Notes: generated from the letters alone by a model not told the origin. A DNA stretch of 64,000 nucleotides from Bacillota bacterium (GCA_050952625.1 JBMNLH010000001.1:1088001-1152000); one strand, 5' to 3'. Shown: positions 1 to 10,741, counted from the first letter of the stretch. Numbers and translations: made by a program.

Positions 1-2
1 GG

Positions 3-89
3 CGTTACCTGGAAAACCAGATTCGTAAAAATTTTGGGTTTGAGGGTTCCCCTCTGCGCTTGATAATTCGACAGCGCGAAGAGAGGTAG
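3..89 (+). CDS. der: 3' end of ribosome biogenesis GTPase Der/EngA (partial)
   Basis: Reads RYLENQIRKNFGFEGSPLRLIIRQREER*, typical Der C-terminus; der-plsY-gpsA-spoIVA synteny. Confidence 0.9.
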   Translation, partial: RYLENQIRKNFGFEGSPLRLIIRQREER

Positions 90-137
90 TCCTGGGGAAT
101 CCGCCGATGTATCTAAGTATTGGGGCAGGGGGTTTTT

Positions 138-734
138 ATGGGAGTTTTTGCAGTCATTATTGGTTATCTGGTGGGAGCTATTCCGTGCGGCTACTTGATT
201 GGTCGTTATGGACGAAGAATTGATATCCGTCTTTATGGCAGCGGGAATATCGGGACCACTAACGCCTTTAGGATCTTAGGACCTCAATGGGGAATGCTCG
301 TCTTTTTAGGTGATTTTTTAAAGGGAGTCATTCCAGTCCTCCTAGCTAAATGGCTGGTTGGCGGAAACATTATTCCGGTTCTAGCCGGTTTGGCAGCCAT
401 AGCTGGACATAATTGGCCGATCTATCTAGGTTTTCGCGGTGGCCGGGGAGTGGCGACCGGTAGCGGAGTTATTTTGGCTTTGGTTCCGTTGGCTGTGCTC
501 GTATTACTGGTAATTTGGGGATTAACTATTCTAATCACGCGTTACGTTTCCGTAGGCTCTATGACTGTTGCGGTCCTCGCCCCGATCGTCATGGGCTGGA
601 TAGGCCATTCTTGGGGACTAGCTTTATTTGGTCTCCTGGCTGGAGGATTTGTCTTCTACCGTCATCTTCCTAATTTGCAGCGTCTCCGCTTAGGGGTGGA
701 GCCTCGGATCGGTGATACTCGGCGGTTTTGGTAA
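138..734 (+). CDS. plsY: Glycerol-3-phosphate acyltransferase PlsY
   Basis: GSGNIGTTNAFR, GHNWP..FRGGRGVAT and HLPNLQRL motifs. Confidence 0.95.
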   Translation: MGVFAVIIGYLVGAIPCGYLIGRYGRRIDIRLYGSGNIGTTNAFRILGPQWGMLVFLGDFLKGVIPVLLAKWLVGGNIIPVLAGLAAIAGHNWPIYLGFRGGRGVATGSGVILALVPLAVLVLLVIWGLTILITRYVSVGSMTVAVLAPIVMGWIGHSWGLALFGLLAGGFVFYRHLPNLQRLRLGVEPRIGDTRRFW

Positions 735-842
735 CTAGCTTGGATTTGTCATTTTGAATGTCATGGTAAAACTAAGAATATAAGATCGTGTTATTGCTAT
801 GATTATAACCGTTATTCGTTTATCGTGGTGCGGTAACGCATG

Positions 843-912
843 ATAATTCTGAGCGAGGCGAAGAATCCTTTCCACGCTGGGAAGTATGATCCTTTGCTAG
901 CTCAGGATAACA
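843..912. repeat. REP-like palindromic repeat (ATTCTGAGCGAxGCGAAGAATCC...GCTCAGGATxAC), copy 1
   Basis: Closely similar to 55505-55577; ends are self-complementary. Confidence 0.75.
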
Positions 913-960
913 TTTGTCCGCTATTTTCACTGCGAAAGAAATTATTAAGGATGGTGGGAC

Positions 961-1993
961 TTGGTGAGCAGAAGGGTGGCGGTGCTGGGAGCAGGAAGCT
1001 GGGGGACCGCTCTGGCGATTTTGTTAGCGGATAAAGGTTTTTCTGTTCGTCTATGGGGGAGAACTGAAGATGGAGTCCTGGACGTTCAGAAAAGCCGGGA
1101 GAACCGGCTTTTTTTGCCGGGGGTGCGGTTGCCTGATCTAATCGAAGTAACGGATAGTGAAACTAGAGCAAGTGAAGGGGCTGAGGCAGTTATTCTTTCA
1201 GTGCCGGCTCAAGCACTCCGTCAGGTAATCCGCCGGTTTTGTCCTCATTTATCTTCAAATGTCATTTTAGTCAACACGGCTAAAGGGATCGATACCTCGA
1301 GTCAGTTGCGTTTATCTGAGGTGCTTAAGGCGGAATTGCCAACTACCCTTACCAGTCGGATGGCTGTTTTGTCGGGTCCGAGTCACGCCGAAGAGGTGGC
1401 GCGGAGTTTGCCTACGACAGTTGTGGCAGCGGCTGAATCCCGATGGGTGGCGGAACAGGTTCAGGATTTGTTTTTGACACCGCGATTCCGAGTTTATACT
1501 AACCCGGATTTAATTGGAGTAGAATTAGGTGGAGCCCTGAAGAATATAATTGCTCTAGGTGCAGGAATGAGCGACGGTATGGGTTATGGAGATAACACCC
1601 GTTCAGCTTTGATTACTCGCGGTCTCACGGAAATAAAACGGTTGGGAATTGCGCTGGGAGCAAATTCAATGACTTTTTCTGGTTTATCCGGCCTCGGAGA
1701 CTTGATCGTTACCTGCAATAGTATGCATAGCCGGAATCGGCGCGCTGGGATTATGCTCGGTCAGGGATATCCTTTGGCGGAAGTCTTAGCAACAATTGGA
1801 ATGGTGGTTGAAGGGGTCGAGACTACGCGGGGCCGCTTATCATCTGGCTGCCCGCCTAGGAGTTGAAATGCCGATTACTAATCAAATTTATCAGGTGCTT
1901 TTTGAAGGCCTGTCACCCCGTGAAGCAGTCAATAATTTAATGCTGCGGCAGCGAACCCATGAAATAGAAGATGTGGTTGAGACAACGTGGTAG
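961..1993 (+). CDS. gpsA: NAD(P)H-dependent glycerol-3-phosphate dehydrogenase, one frameshift near 1830 (probably sequencing error)
   Basis: GAGSWGTALA, LSGPSHAEEV, GGALKN, SRN; C-terminus (GVEMPITNQIY) continues in the 1796-1993 frame. Confidence 0.93.
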
Positions 1994-2122
1994 CCACCGG
2001 TTAGACAGATAAAATTCTTTTTCCCTCCTTTTTCTTTTTTCAGGTATAATCATGTTCCTCTAAAAATATATTTGTATTGTTAAAGCATGGTAATTACCTT
2101 TCTAAAAGGAGGGGACAGGATT

Positions 2123-3601
2123 GTGGAGAGAGTAGATATCTTTCAAGATATTGCTGAGCGGACCGGAGGCGATATCTATCTAGGAGTAGTCGGGCCAGTT
2201 CGGACCGGCAAATCAACTTTTATTCGTAAGTTTATGGAACTCATGGTAATTCCCAACATTGAGAGTGCTGCCGATCAGGATCGGTCACGCGACGAACTGC
2301 CGCAAGGGGCTGCCGGACGGACGATCATGACGGCTGAACCCAAGTTTGTCCCGGCTGAGGCTGTGGAAATTTCTATCCGGGAGGGCCTAAAGGCCAAGGT
2401 ACGAATGGTTGACTGCGTTGGGTACACCGTTGACGGGGCCTTAGGCTACGAAGAAGACGATGGCCCCCGAATGGTGATGACGCCATGGTTTGAAGAGGCT
2501 GTTGCCTTTCAGGAAGCAGCTGAATTTGGGACCCGTAAAGTGATAACGGATCATTCAACCGTCGGCCTAGTTGTAACCACGGATGGAAGTATTACTGAAA
2601 TTCCGCGAGAGAATTATCTGGCTTCAGAAGAGCGAGTCATTCAAGAGTTGAAAGAATTAAACAAGCCTTTTATTGTACTACTTAATTCGACTCAGCCTTA
2701 TGCTCGGGAGACTGCAGAACTGGTCCTCGAGCTTGAGTCCACTTACAACGTACCAGTGTTGCCGATCAATTGCCTGAACCTAGCCTACGAAGACGTTATG
2801 CGCATTATGGAAGAAGTCTTGTATGAATTCCCGGTCCGGGAGGTAAACGTTAATTTGCCGCGCTGGATTGAGGAACTAGAGGCACAGCATTGGCTAAGGG
2901 TTCAATTTGAAGATGCAGTTCGTGAATCGTTAGAAGATGTTCGAAGGTTGCGGGATATCGATGGGGCTATCGAACTGATGGCAGCCAAGGATATTGTCCT
3001 TGATGTCAGCCTTCAGGAAATGAATCTGGGAACCGGTGTTGCCACCATCGATATTATGGAGCAAGAAGATCTCTTCTTCCAGGTATTGGAGGAAGTTAGC
3101 GGCTTCCGTTTAGAAGGCGACCACGATCTATTCCGCTTAGTGAAGGATTTGAGTTTTGCTAAGAAAGAATATGACAAGATCGCCCAGGCTTTGCGGGAGG
3201 TTCGGGAAACCGGCTACGGCATTGTTACACCTCAACTTGATGAGATGCAGCTAGAAGATCCCGAAATGATTAGACAGGGTGGTCAATACGGGGTGCGCTT
3301 GAGGGCCAAGGCTCCCTCGCTGCATATAATCAGGGCAGATATTGCCACTGAGGTTACCCCGATAATTGGCACGGAGAAGCAGTGTCAGGATATGGTCCGC
3401 TTCCTGCTGGATGATTTCCAGGAAAATCCGATGAAAATCTGGGAAACGAATATCTTTGGCAAGACCTTATATGATTTAGTTAGGGAAGGGATCCAAAGCA
3501 AACTATACCGGATGCCGGAAAACGCTCAAGTTAAATTATCAGATACAGTGCAGCGGATTGTCAATGATGGTCATGGTGGGCTAATCTGTATAATTATCTG
3601 A
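2123..3601 (+). CDS. spoIVA: Stage IV sporulation protein A
   Basis: DIAERTGGDIYLGVVGPVRTGKSTF start and GGLICIII end; GTG start after AGGAGG. Confidence 0.97.
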   Translation: MERVDIFQDIAERTGGDIYLGVVGPVRTGKSTFIRKFMELMVIPNIESAADQDRSRDELPQGAAGRTIMTAEPKFVPAEAVEISIREGLKAKVRMVDCVGYTVDGALGYEEDDGPRMVMTPWFEEAVAFQEAAEFGTRKVITDHSTVGLVVTTDGSITEIPRENYLASEERVIQELKELNKPFIVLLNSTQPYARETAELVLELESTYNVPVLPINCLNLAYEDVMRIMEEVLYEFPVREVNVNLPRWIEELEAQHWLRVQFEDAVRESLEDVRRLRDIDGAIELMAAKDIVLDVSLQEMNLGTGVATIDIMEQEDLFFQVLEEVSGFRLEGDHDLFRLVKDLSFAKKEYDKIAQALREVRETGYGIVTPQLDEMQLEDPEMIRQGGQYGVRLRAKAPSLHIIRADIATEVTPIIGTEKQCQDMVRFLLDDFQENPMKIWETNIFGKTLYDLVREGIQSKLYRMPENAQVKLSDTVQRIVNDGHGGLICIII

Positions 3602-3692
3602 TAGTATTTTTCTTGTTATTAGTATTGGTTTATTGTGGTGTGGGCAACGCATGAAAGTAAATGGTGAGGCGAAAACGGATAAGTTTTGAGCT

Positions 3693-3717
3693 AAACCCGG
3701 ATTTAACCGGGTTTTTT
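3693..3717 (+). terminator. Intrinsic terminator after spoIVA
   Basis: AAACCCGG-ATTTAA-CCGGGTTT followed by T-tract. Confidence 0.75.
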
Positions 3718-3865
3718 GCTTTTTTAGCATGTGAATTCAAGTGCAGGGAAGGATATTGACGAAACATGTCAAATAGTTTTTTAAGCTATATTGTAAATTT
3801 CATTCTCTGATAGTACCGTCGAAGGTAGCAGGGAGGCCAAAAATTTTGATAAGGAGTAGCATGAC

Positions 3866-5095
3866 ATGAAATACGTAGTTATTCTGGGCGATGGGATGTC
3901 TGATTATCCGATTAAGGAATTGGGCGATAAAACCCCACTGCAATACGCCCAAACCCCAAATTTGGATCACCTTGCTCGTTTAAGCACGCTGGGATTAGTC
4001 CGAACCGTACCACCCGGGATGCCACCCGGGAGCGATGTAGCGAATTTATCGGTTATGGGTTATGACCCACGCCTCTATTATACTGGGCGCTCCCCGCTGG
4101 AAGCCGCCAGCCTGGGGATTCATCTTGAACCATCAGACATTGCTTTCCGTTGCAATCTAGTTACCCTGTCAGATGAACCGGTTTACGCTGAGAAAACCAT
4201 GCTTGATTATAGTTCGGACGAGATAAGCACCCCGGAGTCCGCTCAACTGATAAGCGAAATAAATCGACAATTAGGGACCGACCGTTTAAATTTTTACGCC
4301 GGGATTAGTTATCGACACATTCTGGTCTGGAGAAACGGACCACTTGAAGAACTTGATTTAACCCCGCCCCATGACATCTCGGATCGTCAGATCGGGGATT
4401 ATCTTCCCAAGGGTGATCATAGCCAAGTGTTACTAGAATTAATGGTTGAAAGCAATAAGATCTTAACTAACCACCCGGTCAACTTGGCTCGGTTAGCCAA
4501 GGGACACTGCCCGGCAAATTCGATCTGGTTTTGGGGTCAGGGTAAAAAGCCGGTCCTCCCATCGTTTGCCGATAAATATGGCTTAAGCGGATCTGTCGTT
4601 TGTGCGGTCGATTTAATCAAGGGATTAGGGATCTGTGCTGATCTGGAGACGGTTAAGGTCCCCGGAGCGACTGGCGGGACCGTGACCAATTACCGGGGCA
4701 AGGCCCAGGCAGCCTTGGCGGAGCTGCGTAAGGGCAAAGACTTTGTCTATATCCACATCGAAGCTCCTGATGAGGCCGGCCACCGGGGAGAATTAGAGAC
4801 CAAGGTTCAGGCGATTGAGGCGATTGATGAGCTAGTAGTTGGTGAGATCCGGCAGGGGTTAGAGGAAAGTCGTCATCTGCCTGGGATGGAGGATTATCGC
4901 TTGCTCATTCTCCCAGATCACCCTACTCCTTTGAGCATTCGAACCCATGCGGCGGATGAGGTGCCATTTTTAATCTATCAGCGTAGCCAACACCAGGATA
5001 CCCCGGTCAACGGATATAATGAAGAAACAGCCCGGGCATCCGGCCTAAGGTTGAAAGACGGGTTTAAGCTGATGGATTGTTTTATTCGGGGATAA
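3866..5095 (+). CDS. apgM: Cofactor-independent phosphoglycerate mutase, ApgM family
   Basis: GDGMSD, PGSDVANL, HIEAPDEAGH and PDHPTP metal motifs. Confidence 0.88.
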   Translation: MKYVVILGDGMSDYPIKELGDKTPLQYAQTPNLDHLARLSTLGLVRTVPPGMPPGSDVANLSVMGYDPRLYYTGRSPLEAASLGIHLEPSDIAFRCNLVTLSDEPVYAEKTMLDYSSDEISTPESAQLISEINRQLGTDRLNFYAGISYRHILVWRNGPLEELDLTPPHDISDRQIGDYLPKGDHSQVLLELMVESNKILTNHPVNLARLAKGHCPANSIWFWGQGKKPVLPSFADKYGLSGSVVCAVDLIKGLGICADLETVKVPGATGGTVTNYRGKAQAALAELRKGKDFVYIHIEAPDEAGHRGELETKVQAIEAIDELVVGEIRQGLEESRHLPGMEDYRLLILPDHPTPLSIRTHAADEVPFLIYQRSQHQDTPVNGYNEETARASGLRLKDGFKLMDCFIRG

Positions 5096-5251
5096 AATAT
5101 GGCCCTGCTTTAATCAAATTTAGGAGCATATTACGCGTTTTGATTGTTACTGTATTCTAGCAGACGTGGCTTAGGTTACGAGCAAAAAAAAAGAAAATGT
5201 CCCTAGAAAACTTAATTAGAATTTACTAACAAGCAAAGGGGTCATAAACAA

Positions 5252-5947
5252 ATGAGCTCCCTCAAAAGAGCGTATTGCGACAATTATAATCGACAACAAC
5301 CCCCAAAACGTGTTCTCGTGATGACGGCGGTCTCGGCTGAACGAGAAGCAGTGTTGCGTGGGTTGGGCAATGAGCGAAATATTGATGTTATTTTAGCCGG
5401 CGTTGGGGCAGTTTCCGCCGCTGTCCACACAACGAAGGTCTTAGCCAAGGCAGATTACGGTTTAGTCATCTGCGCTGGAATTGGGGGAGGTTTCCCCAGC
5501 CGGGCAGAGATTGGCTCTATTGTGGTGGCTAACGAGATTGTCGCCGTCGATTTGGGCGCGGAAACGTCCGAGGGTTTCCAAAGTTTAGATGAGTTAGGTT
5601 TAGGTACTAGCCGAATCCCGGTCGAGGTTAGCTTAGTCAATGACGTAACTAACGTACTGCTCGCAGCCAAGTTGCCGGTGCAAACTGGCCCCGTGCTTAC
5701 AGTATCCACAGTAACGGGTTCAGCCGCGAGATCAGCCCAATTGACCGCCCGGGTGCCGGGAGCTGTCGCGGAGGCGATGGAGGGATATGGCGCGGCTTTC
5801 GCTGCAGTCGAATATGGACTACCGGTGCTGGAGCTTCGGGCTATCTCAAATCTGGTTGGTCCACGTGATCGGTCTGCTTGGCGGATCAAAGAAGCTTTGG
5901 ATATGTTGACCGCCGCCAGCTCAGTTCTATTGGGGGAATTAAAATGA
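5252..5947 (+). CDS. mqnB: Futalosine hydrolase
   Basis: PNP/MTAN-fold motifs (AGIGGGF, TVSTVTG, EAMEG, LRAISNLVGPRDR); next to mqnD. Confidence 0.88.
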   Translation: MSSLKRAYCDNYNRQQPPKRVLVMTAVSAEREAVLRGLGNERNIDVILAGVGAVSAAVHTTKVLAKADYGLVICAGIGGGFPSRAEIGSIVVANEIVAVDLGAETSEGFQSLDELGLGTSRIPVEVSLVNDVTNVLLAAKLPVQTGPVLTVSTVTGSAARSAQLTARVPGAVAEAMEGYGAAFAAVEYGLPVLELRAISNLVGPRDRSAWRIKEALDMLTAASSVLLGELK

Positions 5948-6795
5948 TGAATATTGCCTTCTCTTCTTGTCCTAACGATACATTTGTTTTTCATGCTTGG
6001 GTACATGGACTAATCCCCGGTGCTCCGAAGCTTATTGTCACTTATGCTGATATTGATATCACGAACAGTTTGGCTGCTAGCGGCGGCGGGCCGGATGTGC
6101 TCAAAATTTCGTATGCCGCCCTGCCTTGGGTGTTACCTGACTACACCCTCTTACCCTGCGGAGGGGCCTTGGGTAGAGGCTGCGGACCGCTAGTCCTGAC
6201 ATTAAACAAAACTAGTCGCAACCTAAGTCCGGCGGTCTTAGCGGGCCGTCGGGTAGCGGTGCCAAGTGAGCGATCAACTGCCTACTTGCTATTTCGGCTG
6301 TGGGCCGCTGCCCAGGTACCGGGAGGGGTGGGTGAAATAGTGATTTTACCGTTTCACGAGATCATGCCGGCTGTGCGTGATGGGCTTGTTGATGCTGGGC
6401 TAGTAATCCACGAGGCTCGTTTCACTTATCCAGCCTATGGACTTACGCAAGTGGCTGACTTAGGCACTTGGTGGGAGGGCCAGACTAACTTGCCCTTACC
6501 ACTAGGAGCGATCATTGCCCGGCGTTCTCTTGACCTACCAGCAATTGTCAGTTGGATTCGCGCTTCCGTTAAATATGCCTGGGCCCACCCAAAAGCTTCC
6601 CAGGATTACGTGTTAAGTCATGCCCAGGAGTTATCTCCAGAAGTAGTTAAAGCGCATATCGACCTTTATGTCAATGATTATACAGAAAATCTAGGTGAGA
6701 TAGGCTATCAGGCGGTAACTACTCTGCTTAGCCGCGCTGCTCAAGCTGGGCTAGTTCCTGAGGTGGATTGGAGAACAATGACTCCTGTTTTGTAA
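5944..6795 (+). CDS. mqnD: 1,4-dihydroxy-6-naphthoate synthase
   Basis: SSCPNDTF, GGALGRGCGP, VIHEARFTY, HIDLYVN; ATGA overlap with mqnB. Confidence 0.92.
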   Translation: MMNIAFSSCPNDTFVFHAWVHGLIPGAPKLIVTYADIDITNSLAASGGGPDVLKISYAALPWVLPDYTLLPCGGALGRGCGPLVLTLNKTSRNLSPAVLAGRRVAVPSERSTAYLLFRLWAAAQVPGGVGEIVILPFHEIMPAVRDGLVDAGLVIHEARFTYPAYGLTQVADLGTWWEGQTNLPLPLGAIIARRSLDLPAIVSWIRASVKYAWAHPKASQDYVLSHAQELSPEVVKAHIDLYVNDYTENLGEIGYQAVTTLLSRAAQAGLVPEVDWRTMTPVL

Positions 6796-7067
6796 TAATT
6801 AGTATATAAATTGAAACATATTCATATTTCTTATTTATCTTTGTGGTTATATGCCGGATAAATTAACCTGTAGAAACAAAGATCCTACAGCTTGTTCTAG
6901 TGGAAAAAGCTGAGGCTTAGTAAGTATCTTTAAAAACAACACTTTGCCTAGTTTTCAGATAATTCGTTGTGTTATAATAAAATGGATTTTTGCATCATAC
7001 CTTACTTGTGGTTCTAAATGTTTTTTTCATTGGTTTTTTATCCGGTTAAGAGGCAGGGAGGAGAATA

Positions 7068-8369
7068 GTGTTGTCCAGTGAAGCGGTTAAGATTGGTCTT
7101 ATGGGTTGCGGTACTGTCGGGTCAGGGGTAATTAAAGTAATTTTAGAGAATGGGGAGCATATTGCGCAGCGATTGGGCCGGCCTTTGGTAATTAAGCGGG
7201 TATTAGAGTTGGATCCCACTAAAGTGATAGCTTTAGGTTTGGCGGAAAGCGTGGTTACCAATGATTTTAAGGATATCCAGACTGACCCGGAAATTGACAT
7301 AGTGGTTGAATTAATGGGCGGCATTGAACCGGCTCGGACCTTTGTTCTGGAGGCTTTGCGTGCTGGAAAAAATGTGGTTACAGCGAATAAGGACCTGATT
7401 GCTCTCCATGGACGCGAAATACTAGAGACAGCGCAGGCAATGGGTCGCGATTTCTATTTTGAGGCCAGTGTCGGTGGCGGGATTCCGATAATTATACCTC
7501 TGAAACAGAGTTTGGCGGCTAATCAAATTCAGGTTGTGATGGGTATTGTTAATGGCACAACTAACTATATTTTGACCAAAATGGCCCGTGAGGGACGAGC
7601 TTACACAGAAGTGCTGCAGGAAGCCAAATCTTTAGGGTATGCGGAATCTGACCCAACTTCTGATGTCGAGGGTTATGATGCGGCGCGGAAAATCGCGATT
7701 TTGGCTTCAATTGCCTTTGGCACTCGGGTTACTTTTCCAGATGTGTATGTTGAAGGAATTACCCGTATTTCGACATTGGACCTCGAATACGGCAAAGAAC
7801 TGGGTTACGCCTTGAAGCTGTTGGCGATTGCTAAGGAAGAGGCTGGCGAAATTGATGTCCGCGTCCATCCAGCTTTTATCCCGGTTAACCATCCTTTGGC
7901 TTCAGTTAATGATGTATTTAATGCCATCTTTATTCGGGGAGATTTTGTTGGTGATGTGATGCACTATGGCCGGGGAGCTGGACAGCGACCAACGGCCAGT
8001 GCCGTGGTTGGTGACATCATGGAGGTGGCTCGCAACGTGCAAAGTGGCAGTAGCGGGCGAATCTCCTGTACCTGTTTTGAACAGAAGCGGATTAAACCGA
8101 TAAGCGAGATTGAGAGTCGTTACTATATCCGGTTGATGCTCAAGGATAGACCAGGGGTTTTGGCCAGTATTGCCGGAGTTTTTGGCAATCAAGAGGTTAG
8201 TCTGGCTTCGGTTATTCAAAAACGAACCGAGGGAGATTTGGCAGAACTGGTATTTGTAACGCATCGAGTTAAGGAAGGCAGTTTACAGGATGCCCTGAAA
8301 ATAATCGGGGGGATGTCGATCGTTGGGGCTATCAACAACGTCATTCGGGTTGAGGGAGAAGCAGAATAG
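7068..8369 (+). CDS. hom: Homoserine dehydrogenase with C-terminal ACT domain
   Basis: GCGTVGSG, VVTANK, FEASVGGGIP, GYAESDPTSDVEG. Confidence 0.96.
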   Translation: MLSSEAVKIGLMGCGTVGSGVIKVILENGEHIAQRLGRPLVIKRVLELDPTKVIALGLAESVVTNDFKDIQTDPEIDIVVELMGGIEPARTFVLEALRAGKNVVTANKDLIALHGREILETAQAMGRDFYFEASVGGGIPIIIPLKQSLAANQIQVVMGIVNGTTNYILTKMAREGRAYTEVLQEAKSLGYAESDPTSDVEGYDAARKIAILASIAFGTRVTFPDVYVEGITRISTLDLEYGKELGYALKLLAIAKEEAGEIDVRVHPAFIPVNHPLASVNDVFNAIFIRGDFVGDVMHYGRGAGQRPTASAVVGDIMEVARNVQSGSSGRISCTCFEQKRIKPISEIESRYYIRLMLKDRPGVLASIAGVFGNQEVSLASVIQKRTEGDLAELVFVTHRVKEGSLQDALKIIGGMSIVGAINNVIRVEGEAE

Positions 8370-8383
8370 ACTTAAGAAACGAG

Positions 8384-9370
8384 GTGGGGTCAGTGGTTTG
8401 CATTAAGGTACCGGCATCTAGTGCCAATTTAGGGCCGGGCTTTGATACCTTAGGAATGGCCCTATCTCTATTCAACTACATTGAGATGGTAGAGACTGGG
8501 TCAGCCGATGAACTTTTGATTGAGGTGGAAGGTGAGGGGGCCTCGTCGATTGCCCGCGATCAGAGCAATGTTACTTGGTTAGCGGCTCGGGAGGTATTTC
8601 AAATAGCCGGTCGCTATCCAGCCGGCCTGTTGCTACAGCTAAAGAATAAGATTCCTTCGGCTCGGGGATTGGGGAGCAGTGCTGCGGCTAGGGTAGGTGG
8701 TCTATTAGCGGCTAATTACTTGATCGGAGAACCCCTTAACCGGGAACAATTGCTGCAACTGGCCGTTCGCCTGGAGGGTCACCCTGATAATGTTGCACCA
8801 GCCTTGCTCGGTGGTCTGGTAGTCGCTTGCCAGTCGGATCAAGAATTAGTTTACCGTCAGTTGACGGTTCCAGAAAGGTTGACCGTGATCCTAGCTATCC
8901 CGGGTTTCGAATTGTCAACCCATGATGCAGTACAGGCTTTACCATCGAAAATCCCTCTGGAGGATGCAGTGTTTAATATTGGGCAGGCTTGTCTGTTTAT
9001 AACCGCAATCTTAACCCAAGATTGGTCATTAATCGGTCAGGCTATGGGTGATCGAATTCATCAGTCCTATCGACAGCGGCTCGTTCCTGGTTTGTCGGCC
9101 GTTATGGAAGCTGCCCGGGCCGCGGGTGCCTTAGGGGCTGCTTTAAGTGGGGCGGGCCCAACCGTTTTAGCCTTAGCCCTTGATGATCAGGATCAGACTA
9201 ATGCTAACAATGCTAAACCAGAAGGAGTTAAAACAGTAAACAGAAGCCAGCAAATTGGGAAGACGATGCAAGCTGCTTTTTGGCAGCATGGGGTAGACTC
9301 AATCATTCGGATTTTAAAACCATGGAGTCAGGGAGCTGAACTAATCGCTTGCAGCAATATTAAGTCTTGA
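8384..9370 (+). CDS. thrB: Homoserine kinase
   Basis: VPASSANLGPGFD, PSARGLGSSAA, EGHPDN, LSGAGPT. Confidence 0.95.
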   Translation: MGSVVCIKVPASSANLGPGFDTLGMALSLFNYIEMVETGSADELLIEVEGEGASSIARDQSNVTWLAAREVFQIAGRYPAGLLLQLKNKIPSARGLGSSAAARVGGLLAANYLIGEPLNREQLLQLAVRLEGHPDNVAPALLGGLVVACQSDQELVYRQLTVPERLTVILAIPGFELSTHDAVQALPSKIPLEDAVFNIGQACLFITAILTQDWSLIGQAMGDRIHQSYRQRLVPGLSAVMEAARAAGALGAALSGAGPTVLALALDDQDQTNANNAKPEGVKTVNRSQQIGKTMQAAFWQHGVDSIIRILKPWSQGAELIACSNIKS

Positions 9371-9448
9371 ATCAATTAAATAACAGATTAGCCTCATCAT
9401 TTTTATTCAGTAAACATTACTAAGAATCAATATTTAGGGGGGGTCTTT

Positions 9449-10666
9449 CTGGCACTAGTAGTACAAAAATATGGGGGTAGCTCAGTCGCCAACCCAGAAC
9501 GGATTAAACGAGTAGCCAAACGGATTACTGAATGTCGTCAGGCAGGAAATGACGTAGTTGTTGTCGTTTCAGCTATGGGCGATACAACTGATGATCTTTT
9601 AGATTTAGCCAGACAGATTACCAGTCGTCCACCAGAGCGGGAGTTAGACATGCTTTTAGCAACCGGGGAACAGGTATCTAGTTCACTATTAGCGATGGCG
9701 GTAGATGCTCTCGGCTATCCGGTTATTTCTTTAACTGGAACTCAGGTTGGGATCACGACCGATGATGTACACACCAAGGCTAAGATATTAGATATTAGTG
9801 CAAACCGTTTAAGAGAAGAGCTGATCCATAATAGGATTGTGATTGTGGCCGGTTTTCAAGGCTGTAACTCGAACAATGATATTACTACCCTTGGACGGGG
9901 TGGATCAGACACCACGGCCGTTGCTATTGCTGCGGCTCTTAAAGCGGATGTATGTGAGATTTACACTGACGTTGATGGGGTTTACACGGCTGATCCACGG
10001 ATCGTGCCGGACGCCAGAAAGTTATCAGTCATCAGTCATGACGAAATGTTAGAGTTAGCCAGCCTGGGGGCTCTGGTCCTGCAGCCGCGTTCGGTTGAGG
10101 TGGCTAAACAGCATGGGGTTACAGTTCATGTTCGTTCGAGTTTTAATTACAATGAAGGCACTCTGGTTCGGGAGGTAGCAAAGATGGAGAAGGAAATTGT
10201 CGTTAGTGGGGTAGCCAGTGATCTTAAAGTGGCTAAAATAAGTCTTTTAGATGTCCCTGATCGGCCCGGTGTAGCTTCCCATTTATTTAAAGCCCTAGCC
10301 AATGAACGGATCAATGTCGATATGATTATTCAAAGTACAATGCGCAGCGAGCGGAATAATATTTCCTTCACTATTTGTCGGGATGATCTGGATAAAGCTT
10401 TATTAATTGTCGAAAAGGTCCGCGATGAGATTGGGGCCGGGGGGATTGCTTTTGGAAAAGAAGTGGCTAAGGTTTCGATCGTTGGTGCCGGCATGATCAC
10501 TAATCCCGGGGTCGCAGCTACCATGTTTTCTGCCTTGGCTGCTGAAAATATTAATATTGAGATGATCAGCACCTCAGAGATTAAGGTTTCCTGCATTATC
10601 AAAGCTGACGAAGCACCGAAGGCGGTTCAGGCCTTGCATCGGGCTTTTGAACTGGGCCAAAAATAA
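9449..10666 (+). CDS. lysC: Aspartate kinase (apparent CTG start)
   Basis: In-frame extension of ORF 9575-10666 reads ALVVQKYGGSSV; TTLGRGGSD, DVDGVYTADP, two ACT domains. Confidence 0.93.
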   Translation: MALVVQKYGGSSVANPERIKRVAKRITECRQAGNDVVVVVSAMGDTTDDLLDLARQITSRPPERELDMLLATGEQVSSSLLAMAVDALGYPVISLTGTQVGITTDDVHTKAKILDISANRLREELIHNRIVIVAGFQGCNSNNDITTLGRGGSDTTAVAIAAALKADVCEIYTDVDGVYTADPRIVPDARKLSVISHDEMLELASLGALVLQPRSVEVAKQHGVTVHVRSSFNYNEGTLVREVAKMEKEIVVSGVASDLKVAKISLLDVPDRPGVASHLFKALANERINVDMIIQSTMRSERNNISFTICRDDLDKALLIVEKVRDEIGAGGIAFGKEVAKVSIVGAGMITNPGVAATMFSALAAENINIEMISTSEIKVSCIIKADEAPKAVQALHRAFELGQK

Positions 10667-10741
10667 CAATTAAGGCCGATCGTCAGCTACGTAAACGAGA
10701 AAGGACAGTTTTGATTTATCCTCAGCCCTATGACCGCCAAC

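Noticed and set aside
840-1034. 64-aa ORF upstream of gpsA
   Set aside because: It is a translation of the REP-like repeat (ILSEAKN) running out of frame into gpsA.
1796-1993. Separate 65-aa gene after gpsA
   Set aside because: It is the GpsA C-terminus displaced by one indel near 1830.
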